A stretch of 56,011 nucleotides of DNA from Mycoplasmatota bacterium (GTDB lineage Bacteria; Bacillota_I; Bacilli_A; RF39; UBA660). A model generated the notes under the pieces. It worked only from the letters and a program-made list of their open reading frames with translations. It was not told where the DNA came from and searched no databases. The translations under genes were made by a program, and so were the position numbers. Below, one piece after another: positions 9,043 to 17,260 of the stretch (positions within the stretch are counted from its first letter, which is position 1; the number at the start of each line of letters is the position of its first letter). The stretch is taken from NCBI GenBank assembly GCA_044432805.1, contig JAWXUI010000004.1:1-56011 (forward strand), in the 5' to 3' direction.

Positions 9043-9903
9043 ATGAAATATAAATTAATCGCTCATAGACTTGGATTTAAAATGGGAGAATATGAAGAGA
9101 ATTCTAAAAAAGCATTGGAAGATATATTTGATAATTACGATAAATTAAATATTTGTGATGGTTTTGAGTTTGATATTAGATTTACAAAAGATAGTATTCC
9201 AATTTTATTTCATGACAAGAACACTAGAGATTTTTCAGAAGAATTGCGAAATATTAAAAATATGAACTTAATTGAACTGAAAAAATTAAAATTAAACTAT
9301 CGAAATCAAGAAAGAGAAAATGTCGAAAAGATATGTACTCTTGAAGATATTCTTGATTTTTTTCATGTTAATGAACACAAACTAAATAATAAAATAATAA
9401 AAATAGAAACAAAAAATAAATACTTATCAAAAAAAGAAGTTTCTATATTATGTAAAATATTAAATAAACATAAAAATATTCAAAAAAATATTATAAATCT
9501 ATCTTTTTACCCAAATAACTTAGTCAAGATTAACAAATTTCAGGGAAAAAACAATTTATATATTAATAAAACAGATTTATTATGTGATTATAAGTTCGTA
9601 TATTATACAACTAAATTTATCAAATGCATAGATACTGTGTCATTAAGATTTACTGATAATAATAAATTAGGAATTAAATATTACATATCTTCTAAGTTTA
9701 AAAACAAAAAAGTTTCCTTCAAAAAAATTATTCGTATAAAATTAAATAAAAAATTAATTTTAAACGTCAATAAAAAATATGATGAAGTAAATATTTATAC
9801 AATTAATAGTAAAGAAGATTGTATAAAATTATTAAAATTATGCAGTAATTTGAATTTATATGTTACAACTGATAATCCTCTTGAACTAAGAAACGATATA
9901 TAA
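9043..9903 (+). CDS. glycerophosphodiester phosphodiesterase (GDPD) family protein
   Basis: IAHRLG...EENSKKALE...GFEFDIRFTKDSIPILFHD and KIETK match the GDPD HR..EN..E.D..HD..E.K pattern. Confidence 0.7.
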   Translation: MKYKLIAHRLGFKMGEYEENSKKALEDIFDNYDKLNICDGFEFDIRFTKDSIPILFHDKNTRDFSEELRNIKNMNLIELKKLKLNYRNQERENVEKICTLEDILDFFHVNEHKLNNKIIKIETKNKYLSKKEVSILCKILNKHKNIQKNIINLSFYPNNLVKINKFQGKNNLYINKTDLLCDYKFVYYTTKFIKCIDTVSLRFTDNNKLGIKYYISSKFKNKKVSFKKIIRIKLNKKLILNVNKKYDEVNIYTINSKEDCIKLLKLCSNLNLYVTTDNPLELRNDI

Positions 9904-9915
9904 AATTTTATAAGT

Positions 9916-9944
9916 AATACAGTCATTGACTGTATTCTTTTTTC
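9916..9944 (+). terminator. intrinsic terminator after GDPD gene
   Basis: AATACAGTCA/TGACTGTATT inverted repeat followed by CTTTTTT. Confidence 0.75.
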
Positions 9945-9980
9945 ATGTTATTATAACCTAACTAAAAAAGGGAGAATTTT

Positions 9981-10715
9981 ATGAAAGTACAAGTTGATGT
10001 TTTATTAATGGAAACAACAAGAAGATGTAATATGCAATGCGCTCATTGTATGAGAGGACCAAAAGAAAACGTAGATATGTCATTTGATATAATAGATGAA
10101 TTATTAGAGAATATAGATTATATTTATATCGCTAACTTTGTAGGTGCTGAGCCAAGTTTATACATTGATTTAATCGAATATTTCTTTAAAAGAGTTAAAG
10201 AAAAAAATATTGGACTAGGTGGGTTTTGGATATCTACTAATGGAAAAGAAAATCAAGAAATATTAATTAATGTTTTAAATCGTGCTTATCCGGATATGTT
10301 AATACCAAGTATTTGTGGATTATCAGTTAGCTCGACACCATTTCATGAAAAAGTAAACAGAGATATATTTAAAGATGTAGTTTTTTTAGATAATTCAAGA
10401 GATAAATCAAATGATTCTACAGATTGGATTGCAGACATTGGATTTGCAAAAGAAAATAATGTTGGCAACAGGGTACCTAATAAAACAGAATATTATTATA
10501 CAAAGATTGATAATATTCCAGATGGTGAACCAATCGTACACACTAATTTTTATGTAAGTGCCAAAGGTGGAATTATGCCTATATCAGAATGTACATTTAA
10601 AGATATCGACGAATCAACAGATCCAATAGAAGAATTTTTTAGCGGACTAAAAGAATATGTAAAATTGGAACAAGAAACTAAAAACGGATATATTTTAAAA
10701 AATCAAAAAATTTAA
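9981..10715 (+). CDS. radical SAM protein, small, no recognisable auxiliary-cluster domain
   Basis: CNMQCAHC (CX3CX2C, codons 10026-10049). GAEPSL (GGEP-like). ISTNG. Confidence 0.75.
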   Translation: MKVQVDVLLMETTRRCNMQCAHCMRGPKENVDMSFDIIDELLENIDYIYIANFVGAEPSLYIDLIEYFFKRVKEKNIGLGGFWISTNGKENQEILINVLNRAYPDMLIPSICGLSVSSTPFHEKVNRDIFKDVVFLDNSRDKSNDSTDWIADIGFAKENNVGNRVPNKTEYYYTKIDNIPDGEPIVHTNFYVSAKGGIMPISECTFKDIDESTDPIEEFFSGLKEYVKLEQETKNGYILKNQKI

Positions 10716-10749
10716 AAATATTAATAAAATTTATGAAAGAGGTGGAAGT

Positions 10750-11634
10750 ATGGATGTTATTCATTTAGACAAACAATATATAATATCGGGATGTGAACTA
10801 AAAAAAGCACAGATGGATTCTTTTGTTTTTAAAAGCAAAGATGGATTTATAATAAAAACATTTAATAAAAAACTAATAGAAAAATCAAGCAAATCCGGAA
10901 TTGATTTAGAATCTAAAATTTTATACACTCCAGATATGATTTGTTCATCCCAAATAAATAAACCAACATCAATTTTATACGATTGCAATTCTGAATTTTA
11001 CGGGTATATGTGCAAAGTTGTAGACGGAGAATATGACACAACAGGACAATATCTAGAAACACTAAGACAATCTCTTGATATTTATAAAATGAATGAATTA
11101 TATAAAAAAATAGGAGAAATTGTAAAAAAAGAAGAACAAGTTGTTTTTCCTGACTTATGTAATGTAGATAATATAGTAATTGGTGAAGGATTAAATATAA
11201 GTTTAATAGATTATGATGGAATGCAAATTGGAAAATATCGTTCATCCTCAATATCTAGTAATATTTCATGTCCTTTAATTAATACTGATGCAAAATATAT
11301 AAGAGATAATTTATATACTAAAAATTTAGATAAAAAAAGTTTAATATTTTTATACTTTCAAATTGTTTTTAATATTAATTTAAATATATTTGAAGGCTGT
11401 GATGAAAAAAAATTAGAAGAAATGATTTTTTATATATTTAAAATACTAAACGTAGAAGATCAATCTATTATGAATAAAGTTTGGAAACTTTTTAAAAAAG
11501 GAATTGATAACGATTATTTATCAGATGAAGAAATAGATAAAATAGCCTCTTATTTTTCTTTAGAAGAATTTCCAATTAAAAGCCCAGGCAGTGAAACACT
11601 ATATACATTAAGAAAAAAATATAAAAATAATTGA
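10750..11634 (+). CDS. protein-kinase-like fold protein
   Basis: FIIKTF (beta3 Lys), FPDLCNVDNIV (D..xxN catalytic-loop-like), LIDYDG (DFG-like) with kinase-like spacing. Motif-level only. Confidence 0.5.
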   Translation: MDVIHLDKQYIISGCELKKAQMDSFVFKSKDGFIIKTFNKKLIEKSSKSGIDLESKILYTPDMICSSQINKPTSILYDCNSEFYGYMCKVVDGEYDTTGQYLETLRQSLDIYKMNELYKKIGEIVKKEEQVVFPDLCNVDNIVIGEGLNISLIDYDGMQIGKYRSSSISSNISCPLINTDAKYIRDNLYTKNLDKKSLIFLYFQIVFNINLNIFEGCDEKKLEEMIFYIFKILNVEDQSIMNKVWKLFKKGIDNDYLSDEEIDKIASYFSLEEFPIKSPGSETLYTLRKKYKNN

Positions 11635-11659
11635 CAAATAAACAAATAAAAACTATAAT
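11631..11659 (+). promoter_or_regulatory. sigma-A type promoter of thrS leader
   Basis: TTGACA (11631-36), 17 nt spacer, TATAAT (11654-59). The -35 overlaps the TGA stop of the upstream gene. Confidence 0.7.
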
Positions 11660-11665
11660 TATATT

Positions 11666-11866
11666 TATAAATGCAGTGATTAAGACACGATTATTAAAAA
11701 AACAGAAAGTTTGTAAATGATGAAAGCAAACACTTAATAATTACTACTTATGAGCAGACCTTGAAAAAGGACTCCGGTAAAAGCCGTTATTTTAATTAAG
11801 TTAAACAAAGGATGGTACCGTGCGTCTGCACTCCTTAACCATTCTTTTTTTTGTTAGGAGGAAAAA
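11666..11866 (+). promoter_or_regulatory. T-box riboswitch leader (Thr specifier)
   Basis: AGAAAG GA-motif near the 5' end. ACU codons at 11743-11748 in the expected specifier region. T-box core AAAGGATGGTACCGTGCG (about 11806-11824). Terminator helix plus T8 before the RBS. Confidence 0.85.
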
Positions 11867-11869
11867 ATT

Positions 11870-13597
11870 ATGAAAAATATAAAAGAAGAACAAAACTTAA
11901 ACATTTTAAACCACAGCTGTGCACATCTTTTAGCGCAAGCAGTAAAACATTTGTATCCAAACGCATTATTTTGGGTTGGACCAGTAATTGAAGAAGGATT
12001 TTATTATGATATCGACTTAGGTGATGAAGTAATCAAAGAAGAAGATTTAGTTAAAATCGAAAAAGAAATGAAAAAAATATCAAAAGATGGAAAAAGAATA
12101 TTTAAAGAAGAATTAAGTAAAGAACAAGCCTTAGAAAAATTTAGTCATGACCCATATAAAATTGACTTAATTAATAATTTAGAAGGTCAAATAACTTGTT
12201 ACACACAAGGAGATTTTACAGACCTTTGTCGTGGACCACACGTTGAAACAGTGAAAGTAATTAAACATTTTAAACTATTAAAAATTAGTGGAGCATACTT
12301 TAAAGGTGATGCTAAAAATAAAATGTTACAAAGAATATATGGTGTATGTTTTGAAAATAGTGAAGATTTAGAGCAACACTTATATCTATTAGAAGAAGCA
12401 AAAAAAAGAGACCATAAAAAATTAGGAAAAGAATTAGACTTATTTATGATGTCTGAATATGGTCCAGGATTTCCATTTTTCTTAAACAACGGAATGATAT
12501 TAAGAAATGAATTAGAAAATTTTTGGTATGAAGAACATAGAAAAGAAGAGTATGAATTTATTAAAACTCCAATTATGTTAAACAAAGAACTTTGGGAATT
12601 GTCAGGACACTGGTTTAACTATAAAGAAAATATGTACACATCAGTTATTGACGAAAAAGAATTTGCCATAAAACCAATGAATTGCCCAGGTGGAATGTTA
12701 GCGTTTAAAAATTCTTTGCACTCATATAAAGAATTACCACTTAGAGTAGGTGAATTAGGTCTTGTTCATAGACATGAAGCAAGTGGGGCATTAAATGGAT
12801 TATTTAGAGTAAGAACATTTACTCAAGATGATGCACATATATTTATGACAGAAAACCAAATAGAAGAAGAAGTAATAAGATTAATTAACTTTATTGATAG
12901 AATATATAAAATATTTAATTTAACTTATAAAATCAAACTATCTACTAGACCAGAAAATAAATATATTGGTGATATAAAAGTTTGGGATATAGCCGAAACA
13001 GCATTAGAAAATGCTTGTAAAAAAGCAGGACATGAATGCACTATAAATGCCGGAGATGGAGCTTTTTATGGACCTAAATTAGACTTTGACATAAGAGATT
13101 CACTGGGAAGAACTTGGCAATGTGGAACAATTCAATTAGATATGAACTTACCAGAACGCTTTGATTTAACTTATATTGATAGTGATGGTAGTAAAAAAAG
13201 ACCAATTATGTTACACAGAGTAATATATGGTTCAATCGAAAGATTTATTGGTATTTTAATAGAACATTATGCCGGAGCTTTTCCAACTTGGTTAGCACCT
13301 GTACAAGTTTATAATATTCCAGTAAACAACAGTTATCATCTTGAATACGCTAATTACATAAATGATTTATTAAAAGAAAATAACATTCGTGTTAAATTAG
13401 ACGATAGAGAAGAAAAATTATCTTATAGAATGCGTGAAGCACAAACTAAAAAAGTTCCATTTACACTTATATTAGGTGATAGTGAACGTGATAATAAAAC
13501 AATTAGTTTTAGAAAATTTGGACAAAAAGAAACAACAACTCTCCCAATTTTAGAATTTGTTGAATTATTAAAAGATGTAATATCTAAAAAAATATAA
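11870..13597 (+). CDS. thrS: threonine--tRNA ligase (lacks N-terminal TGS domain)
   Basis: HSCAHLLAQAVK, CRGPHV, KRDHKKLGKELDLF, PMNCPG, FTQDDAHIF and WQCGTIQLD all align with ThrRS. 575 aa. Confidence 0.95.
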   Translation: MKNIKEEQNLNILNHSCAHLLAQAVKHLYPNALFWVGPVIEEGFYYDIDLGDEVIKEEDLVKIEKEMKKISKDGKRIFKEELSKEQALEKFSHDPYKIDLINNLEGQITCYTQGDFTDLCRGPHVETVKVIKHFKLLKISGAYFKGDAKNKMLQRIYGVCFENSEDLEQHLYLLEEAKKRDHKKLGKELDLFMMSEYGPGFPFFLNNGMILRNELENFWYEEHRKEEYEFIKTPIMLNKELWELSGHWFNYKENMYTSVIDEKEFAIKPMNCPGGMLAFKNSLHSYKELPLRVGELGLVHRHEASGALNGLFRVRTFTQDDAHIFMTENQIEEEVIRLINFIDRIYKIFNLTYKIKLSTRPENKYIGDIKVWDIAETALENACKKAGHECTINAGDGAFYGPKLDFDIRDSLGRTWQCGTIQLDMNLPERFDLTYIDSDGSKKRPIMLHRVIYGSIERFIGILIEHYAGAFPTWLAPVQVYNIPVNNSYHLEYANYINDLLKENNIRVKLDDREEKLSYRMREAQTKKVPFTLILGDSERDNKTISFRKFGQKETTTLPILEFVELLKDVISKKI

Positions 13598-13603
13598 ATT
13601 TAA

Positions 13604-13629
13604 GTCTACATGAAAATGTAGATTTTTTT
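13604..13629 (+). terminator. thrS terminator
   Basis: TCTACAT-gaaa-ATGTAGA followed by T7. Confidence 0.8.
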
Positions 13630-13681
13630 GTTATAATTTAAAAAACAATTAATATACTTTAATAAGTCTAGGAGGATAAAA

Positions 13682-14170
13682 ATGGTAAATAAAAAAAGTT
13701 TGTGGTTTTTAACTTTGTTTAGTTTGATTTTAGTATTAAGTGTATATTATATAACAATGCCAAATGAATTGTTATTAACTAATAACTCAATAGATTCAGA
13801 AATAGGAGAAGTTGTTTTTAGTGAAACGACTATTTTAACAGCCCTAAGAGTTGAATCGGATGCGCAAGTAGAATTAGAAATAGAAGAATTAACTAGTATA
13901 TTAACATCAAATGAAACGGATGTTGATGAAAAAAACAGTGCATATGAGCAAATAAAAGATTTAAATTTAACTAAAAGTGAAGAAGAATCTTTAGAAAAAT
14001 CAATAAAAGAAGAATTTGAATTAGATTCATATGTAAAAATAGATTATGATCAAGTAAGAGTAGTAGTGACAAAATCAGATTTATCAGAAGAAGAAGCAAA
14101 TTTAATTATGCGTCATATTCAAGAACAATATGATACGAAAATGTATATATCAGTAACGTATAGTAGTTAA
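13682..14170 (+). CDS. SpoIIIAH-like membrane protein
   Basis: N-terminus KKSLWFLTLFSLILVLSVYYI closely parallels B. subtilis SpoIIIAH (KQTVWLLTMLSLVVVLSVYYI, recalled from memory). Acidic linker and C-terminal YscJ-like size. Confidence 0.65.
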   Translation: MVNKKSLWFLTLFSLILVLSVYYITMPNELLLTNNSIDSEIGEVVFSETTILTALRVESDAQVELEIEELTSILTSNETDVDEKNSAYEQIKDLNLTKSEEESLEKSIKEEFELDSYVKIDYDQVRVVVTKSDLSEEEANLIMRHIQEQYDTKMYISVTYSS

Positions 14171-14242
14171 AATATTATCACGCTTTTTTGTTTTGCACAT
14201 AAAATACTATGAAGAGATACCATCTTAGGAAGAGTGAGCAAA

Positions 14243-14449
14243 ATGAATAAAGGTATATTAACAAAAAGAGAAAAAGAAGTTTTTGAACTACTTATCAAAA
14301 ACAATGCAACAAAAGAAATAGCAAATAATTTAAACATAAGTGAAAAAACAGTTCGTAATCATATTTCTAATGTCATGCAAAAACTTGGCGTTAAAGGAAG
14401 AGCATGCGCTGTTGTTGAATTAATTAAATTAAATGAATTATCAATTTAA
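14243..14449 (+). CDS. GerE/LuxR-type standalone HTH regulator
   Basis: LTKREKEVFELL....T.KEIA..L.ISEKTVRNH.SN.M.KLGV..R is the LuxR C-terminal HTH. ATG 14243 is preferred over GTG 14234 on RBS spacing. Confidence 0.8.
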   Translation: MNKGILTKREKEVFELLIKNNATKEIANNLNISEKTVRNHISNVMQKLGVKGRACAVVELIKLNELSI

Positions 14450-14472
14450 ATCACATAATATGTGATTTTTTT
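14450..14472 (+). terminator. terminator after gerE-like gene
   Basis: ATCACATA/TATGTGAT palindrome followed by T7. Confidence 0.7.
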
Positions 14473-14495
14473 CATATTATTTATAGAGGTGAACT

Positions 14496-15434
14496 ATGTT
14501 AAAAAGAATATCAATAAAAAAATTTACTATTTCTTTTTCCATTTTATTTGCATTATTATTAATTTATTTAATTCCAAAAGAAGAAGCCTTAGAAACGACT
14601 CAAGTTTTAGAATATACCGATCTAGGATATGTAAGTAATACAATATATTTATCAAATGCTGAAAGTTATTTAGGAAAAACATCTGTCTTGCTAAGTGATT
14701 CTAATATAGATACTACTATAAAAGAATTAATCGAATCATTAATTATAAATGGTAAAAATGAATCTAAAATACCAAACGGATTTACTCCAGTAATTGCATC
14801 TGATACAACTGTTTTATCATTAGATATAGAAGATGATTTAGTTAAAATAAATTTTTCAAAAGAATTTTTAGAAGGTGATGTTGAAAAATCTATAGAATCA
14901 CTTATATATACTTTAACCGAACTAGAAGAAATAAATAATTTAATGATTTATATAGAAGGTGAGATTTTAACTAATATTGGAGATATTACCTTGCCACCAA
15001 TTTTAAATAGGGATTACGGAATAAATAAAGAATATGAAATAACCAGTTTAAATAACATAGAAAAAGTAACGGTTTATTATATAGATAAAGTAAATGATGA
15101 AACATATTATATTCCTGTAACCAAATATATGAATACCCAAACAGAAAAAATAGATATTATAATTGATCAATTAACTAGTTATAATATTAACTCTAGTAAT
15201 TTAATGAGTTATCTATCTAGCAATGCTAAAGTTGAATCAGTAGATAACAGTGATGATACATTAATCCTAAATTTTAATGAATATTTGTTTAGTGATATAG
15301 ATGAACAAAGTATATTAGAAGAAGTATTATATACCATTTCTTATTCTATTTTTGATAGTTTAGACGTAAATGAGTTAGTATTTCAAGTAAATGGTGAAGA
15401 AATTTGCAAAACTGTATCAAAAACTATTGATTAA
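14496..15434 (+). CDS. GerM-domain lipoprotein-like/membrane-anchored protein
   Basis: N-terminal TM segment. Two modules of GerMN-like character (LVKINFSKEFL.., TLILNFNEYLF..). Context next to other sporulation-type genes. Confidence 0.55.
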   Translation: MLKRISIKKFTISFSILFALLLIYLIPKEEALETTQVLEYTDLGYVSNTIYLSNAESYLGKTSVLLSDSNIDTTIKELIESLIINGKNESKIPNGFTPVIASDTTVLSLDIEDDLVKINFSKEFLEGDVEKSIESLIYTLTELEEINNLMIYIEGEILTNIGDITLPPILNRDYGINKEYEITSLNNIEKVTVYYIDKVNDETYYIPVTKYMNTQTEKIDIIIDQLTSYNINSSNLMSYLSSNAKVESVDNSDDTLILNFNEYLFSDIDEQSILEEVLYTISYSIFDSLDVNELVFQVNGEEICKTVSKTID

Positions 15435-15455
15435 AGTTTGTATTTATTATATAAT
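15427..15455 (+). promoter_or_regulatory. promoter for tRNA-Arg
   Basis: TTGATT (15427-32), 17 nt spacer, TATAAT (15450-55), about 25 nt upstream of the tRNA. Confidence 0.55.
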
Positions 15456-15480
15456 TTATTTGTCTTAAAAAAAGACAAAT

Positions 15481-15557
<77 letters not shown>

Positions 15558-15567
15558 TTTAAAAATT

Positions 15568-15591
15568 AACTTCCTTTAAGGAAGTTTTTTT
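15568..15591 (+). terminator. terminator after tRNA-Arg
   Basis: AACTTCC-tttaa-GGAAGTT followed by T7. Confidence 0.85.
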
Positions 15592-15642
15592 ATTGACAAA
15601 AAGACAAAAAAATATACGCTATATAAAAAAGGGGATGAATTT

Positions 15643-16200
15643 ATGAAATTATTATTTATAATCGGAAATAGTTCAGTTGGAAAAATGACAGTTGGACAAG
15701 AAATAGCGAAAATAACAGATTTAAAACTTTTTCATAATCATATGGTAATAGAGCCAGTATTAGATGTTTTTGGAGATTTTAATTCTAAAGCAGTATCAAG
15801 GATTAGAAGTATTTACTTTGAAGAATTTAGTAAAACTAATAATTATGGAATGATGTTTACTTTTATGTGGGCATTTGATAGAAAAGAAGATTGGGATTAT
15901 ATAGAAAGCGTAAAAAATATATTTTTAAGCCAAAATAAAGATACACAATTTTATTATGTTGAACTAGTTACATCTCAACAAATTCGTCTAGAACGTAATA
16001 GAACAGAAAATAGATTGAAAAATAAAGCCTCTAAAAATGATCTAGAAGCTTCTAAAAGCCGTTTATTAGAAGGAGATATACAATATAGATTAGAAAGCAA
16101 TGAAGGTGAAATAAAGTTTGATAATTATCTAAAAGTAGATAATAGTAACTTAGAACCATCGGATTTAGCAAAGATAATAAAAGCAAAATTTGATTTATAA
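15643..16200 (+). CDS. P-loop kinase-like ATPase (shikimate/chloramphenicol-kinase-like family)
   Basis: Walker A IIGNSSVGKMT at the extreme N-terminus. 185 aa single domain. Confidence 0.55.
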   Translation: MKLLFIIGNSSVGKMTVGQEIAKITDLKLFHNHMVIEPVLDVFGDFNSKAVSRIRSIYFEEFSKTNNYGMMFTFMWAFDRKEDWDYIESVKNIFLSQNKDTQFYYVELVTSQQIRLERNRTENRLKNKASKNDLEASKSRLLEGDIQYRLESNEGEIKFDNYLKVDNSNLEPSDLAKIIKAKFDL

Positions 16201-16223
16201 ACTTCGTTGTAGAAGTTTTTTTA
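16200..16223 (+). terminator. terminator
   Basis: AACTTC-gttgta-GAAGTT followed by T7. Confidence 0.8.
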
Positions 16224-16278
16224 TTTTGTTATTATAGATTTTTCAGATGAATTTTGTTATAATATTTTTGGTGATAAT

Positions 16279-17193
16279 ATGAAAAGTTGTTTAATAATAT
16301 ATAATCCGCATAGTGGCAAAGGAATAAAGGAAGAACAATTAAAACAGTTTTTAAAAATACTAGAAAAAAACAAATATGAATATGTCTTAAAAAAGACAAA
16401 ATATGAAAAACATGCTTATGAAATAATAAAAGAAGCAAGTCATTTTGACCTTGTAATTTCGCTTGGCGGTGATGGAACTTTTAACGAAGTTTTAAGTGGT
16501 AACTTAGAACGAAGTGAGCAACTAGTTTTATCACATATTCCTCTTGGTACAACTAATGACATAGGTGCTATGTTTGGACTTAATAAAAACTTATTAAACA
16601 ACCTTAAACTTATATTAAACGGAACAGTAAAAAAAATAGATGTTTGTTCTATAAATAATGTTCCTTTTATGTATGTCGCTGGATGTGGTAAATTTATGAA
16701 TATACCATATGAGACACCAAGAAATTTAAAGAAAAAATTTGGTTATTTAGCATATCTTTATGAAGGTGTTAAAAACGCATTTAATCAAACAAAATTATTT
16801 GATATAAGCTATACAATTGATGGAGTTACTTATAACGGTCTTTATTCTTTTATATTAATTTCAAATGCCAGTAGAATAGCCGGCGTAAATGATGTATATA
16901 AAGATGTATTATTAGATGATGATAAATTCGAAGTATTGTTATGTAATATAACAACAAAAAAAGATATTATCAAAAGTTTATATTATTTAAAAACAAGTTC
17001 AGATATTTCTAAAGTTCCAGGGTTATATATATTAAAGACGGATAATTTAAAAATTAGATTTAAAGGAAATGTTCCTGATTGGTGTATTGATGGAGAAAAA
17101 TTAGAAAATGAAAGAAAAGTATATGAAATAGATATTAATAAAAGAATTGATATGTTAATACCTTATTCTAAAATAAAAAAACTATTTAAATAA
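16279..17193 (+). CDS. dagK: diacylglycerol/lipid kinase (DagK/YegS family)
   Basis: IYNPHSGKG, GGDGTFNEV and PLGTTND motifs. Confidence 0.85.
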   Translation: MKSCLIIYNPHSGKGIKEEQLKQFLKILEKNKYEYVLKKTKYEKHAYEIIKEASHFDLVISLGGDGTFNEVLSGNLERSEQLVLSHIPLGTTNDIGAMFGLNKNLLNNLKLILNGTVKKIDVCSINNVPFMYVAGCGKFMNIPYETPRNLKKKFGYLAYLYEGVKNAFNQTKLFDISYTIDGVTYNGLYSFILISNASRIAGVNDVYKDVLLDDDKFEVLLCNITTKKDIIKSLYYLKTSSDISKVPGLYILKTDNLKIRFKGNVPDWCIDGEKLENERKVYEIDINKRIDMLIPYSKIKKLFK

Positions 17194-17197
17194 TAAT

Positions 17198-17239
17198 AGA
17201 CTAATTAGTTATTTTGTTGTATAATTAATTAGTCTTTTT
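17198..17239 (+). terminator. terminator (large loop)
   Basis: AGACTAATTA ... TAATTAGTCT 10-bp stem, 18-nt loop, T5 tail. Confidence 0.5.
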
Positions 17240-17260
17240 AATTAAAAGAAGGGAGAACAA

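Noticed and set aside
9981-10715. Possibility that the small radical-SAM protein is a prokaryotic viperin with a partner kinase.
   Set aside because: It is shorter than viperins, I see no viperin-like C-terminal motifs, and the partner is not a P-loop nucleotide kinase. I kept it as an unknown radical-SAM/kinase pair instead.
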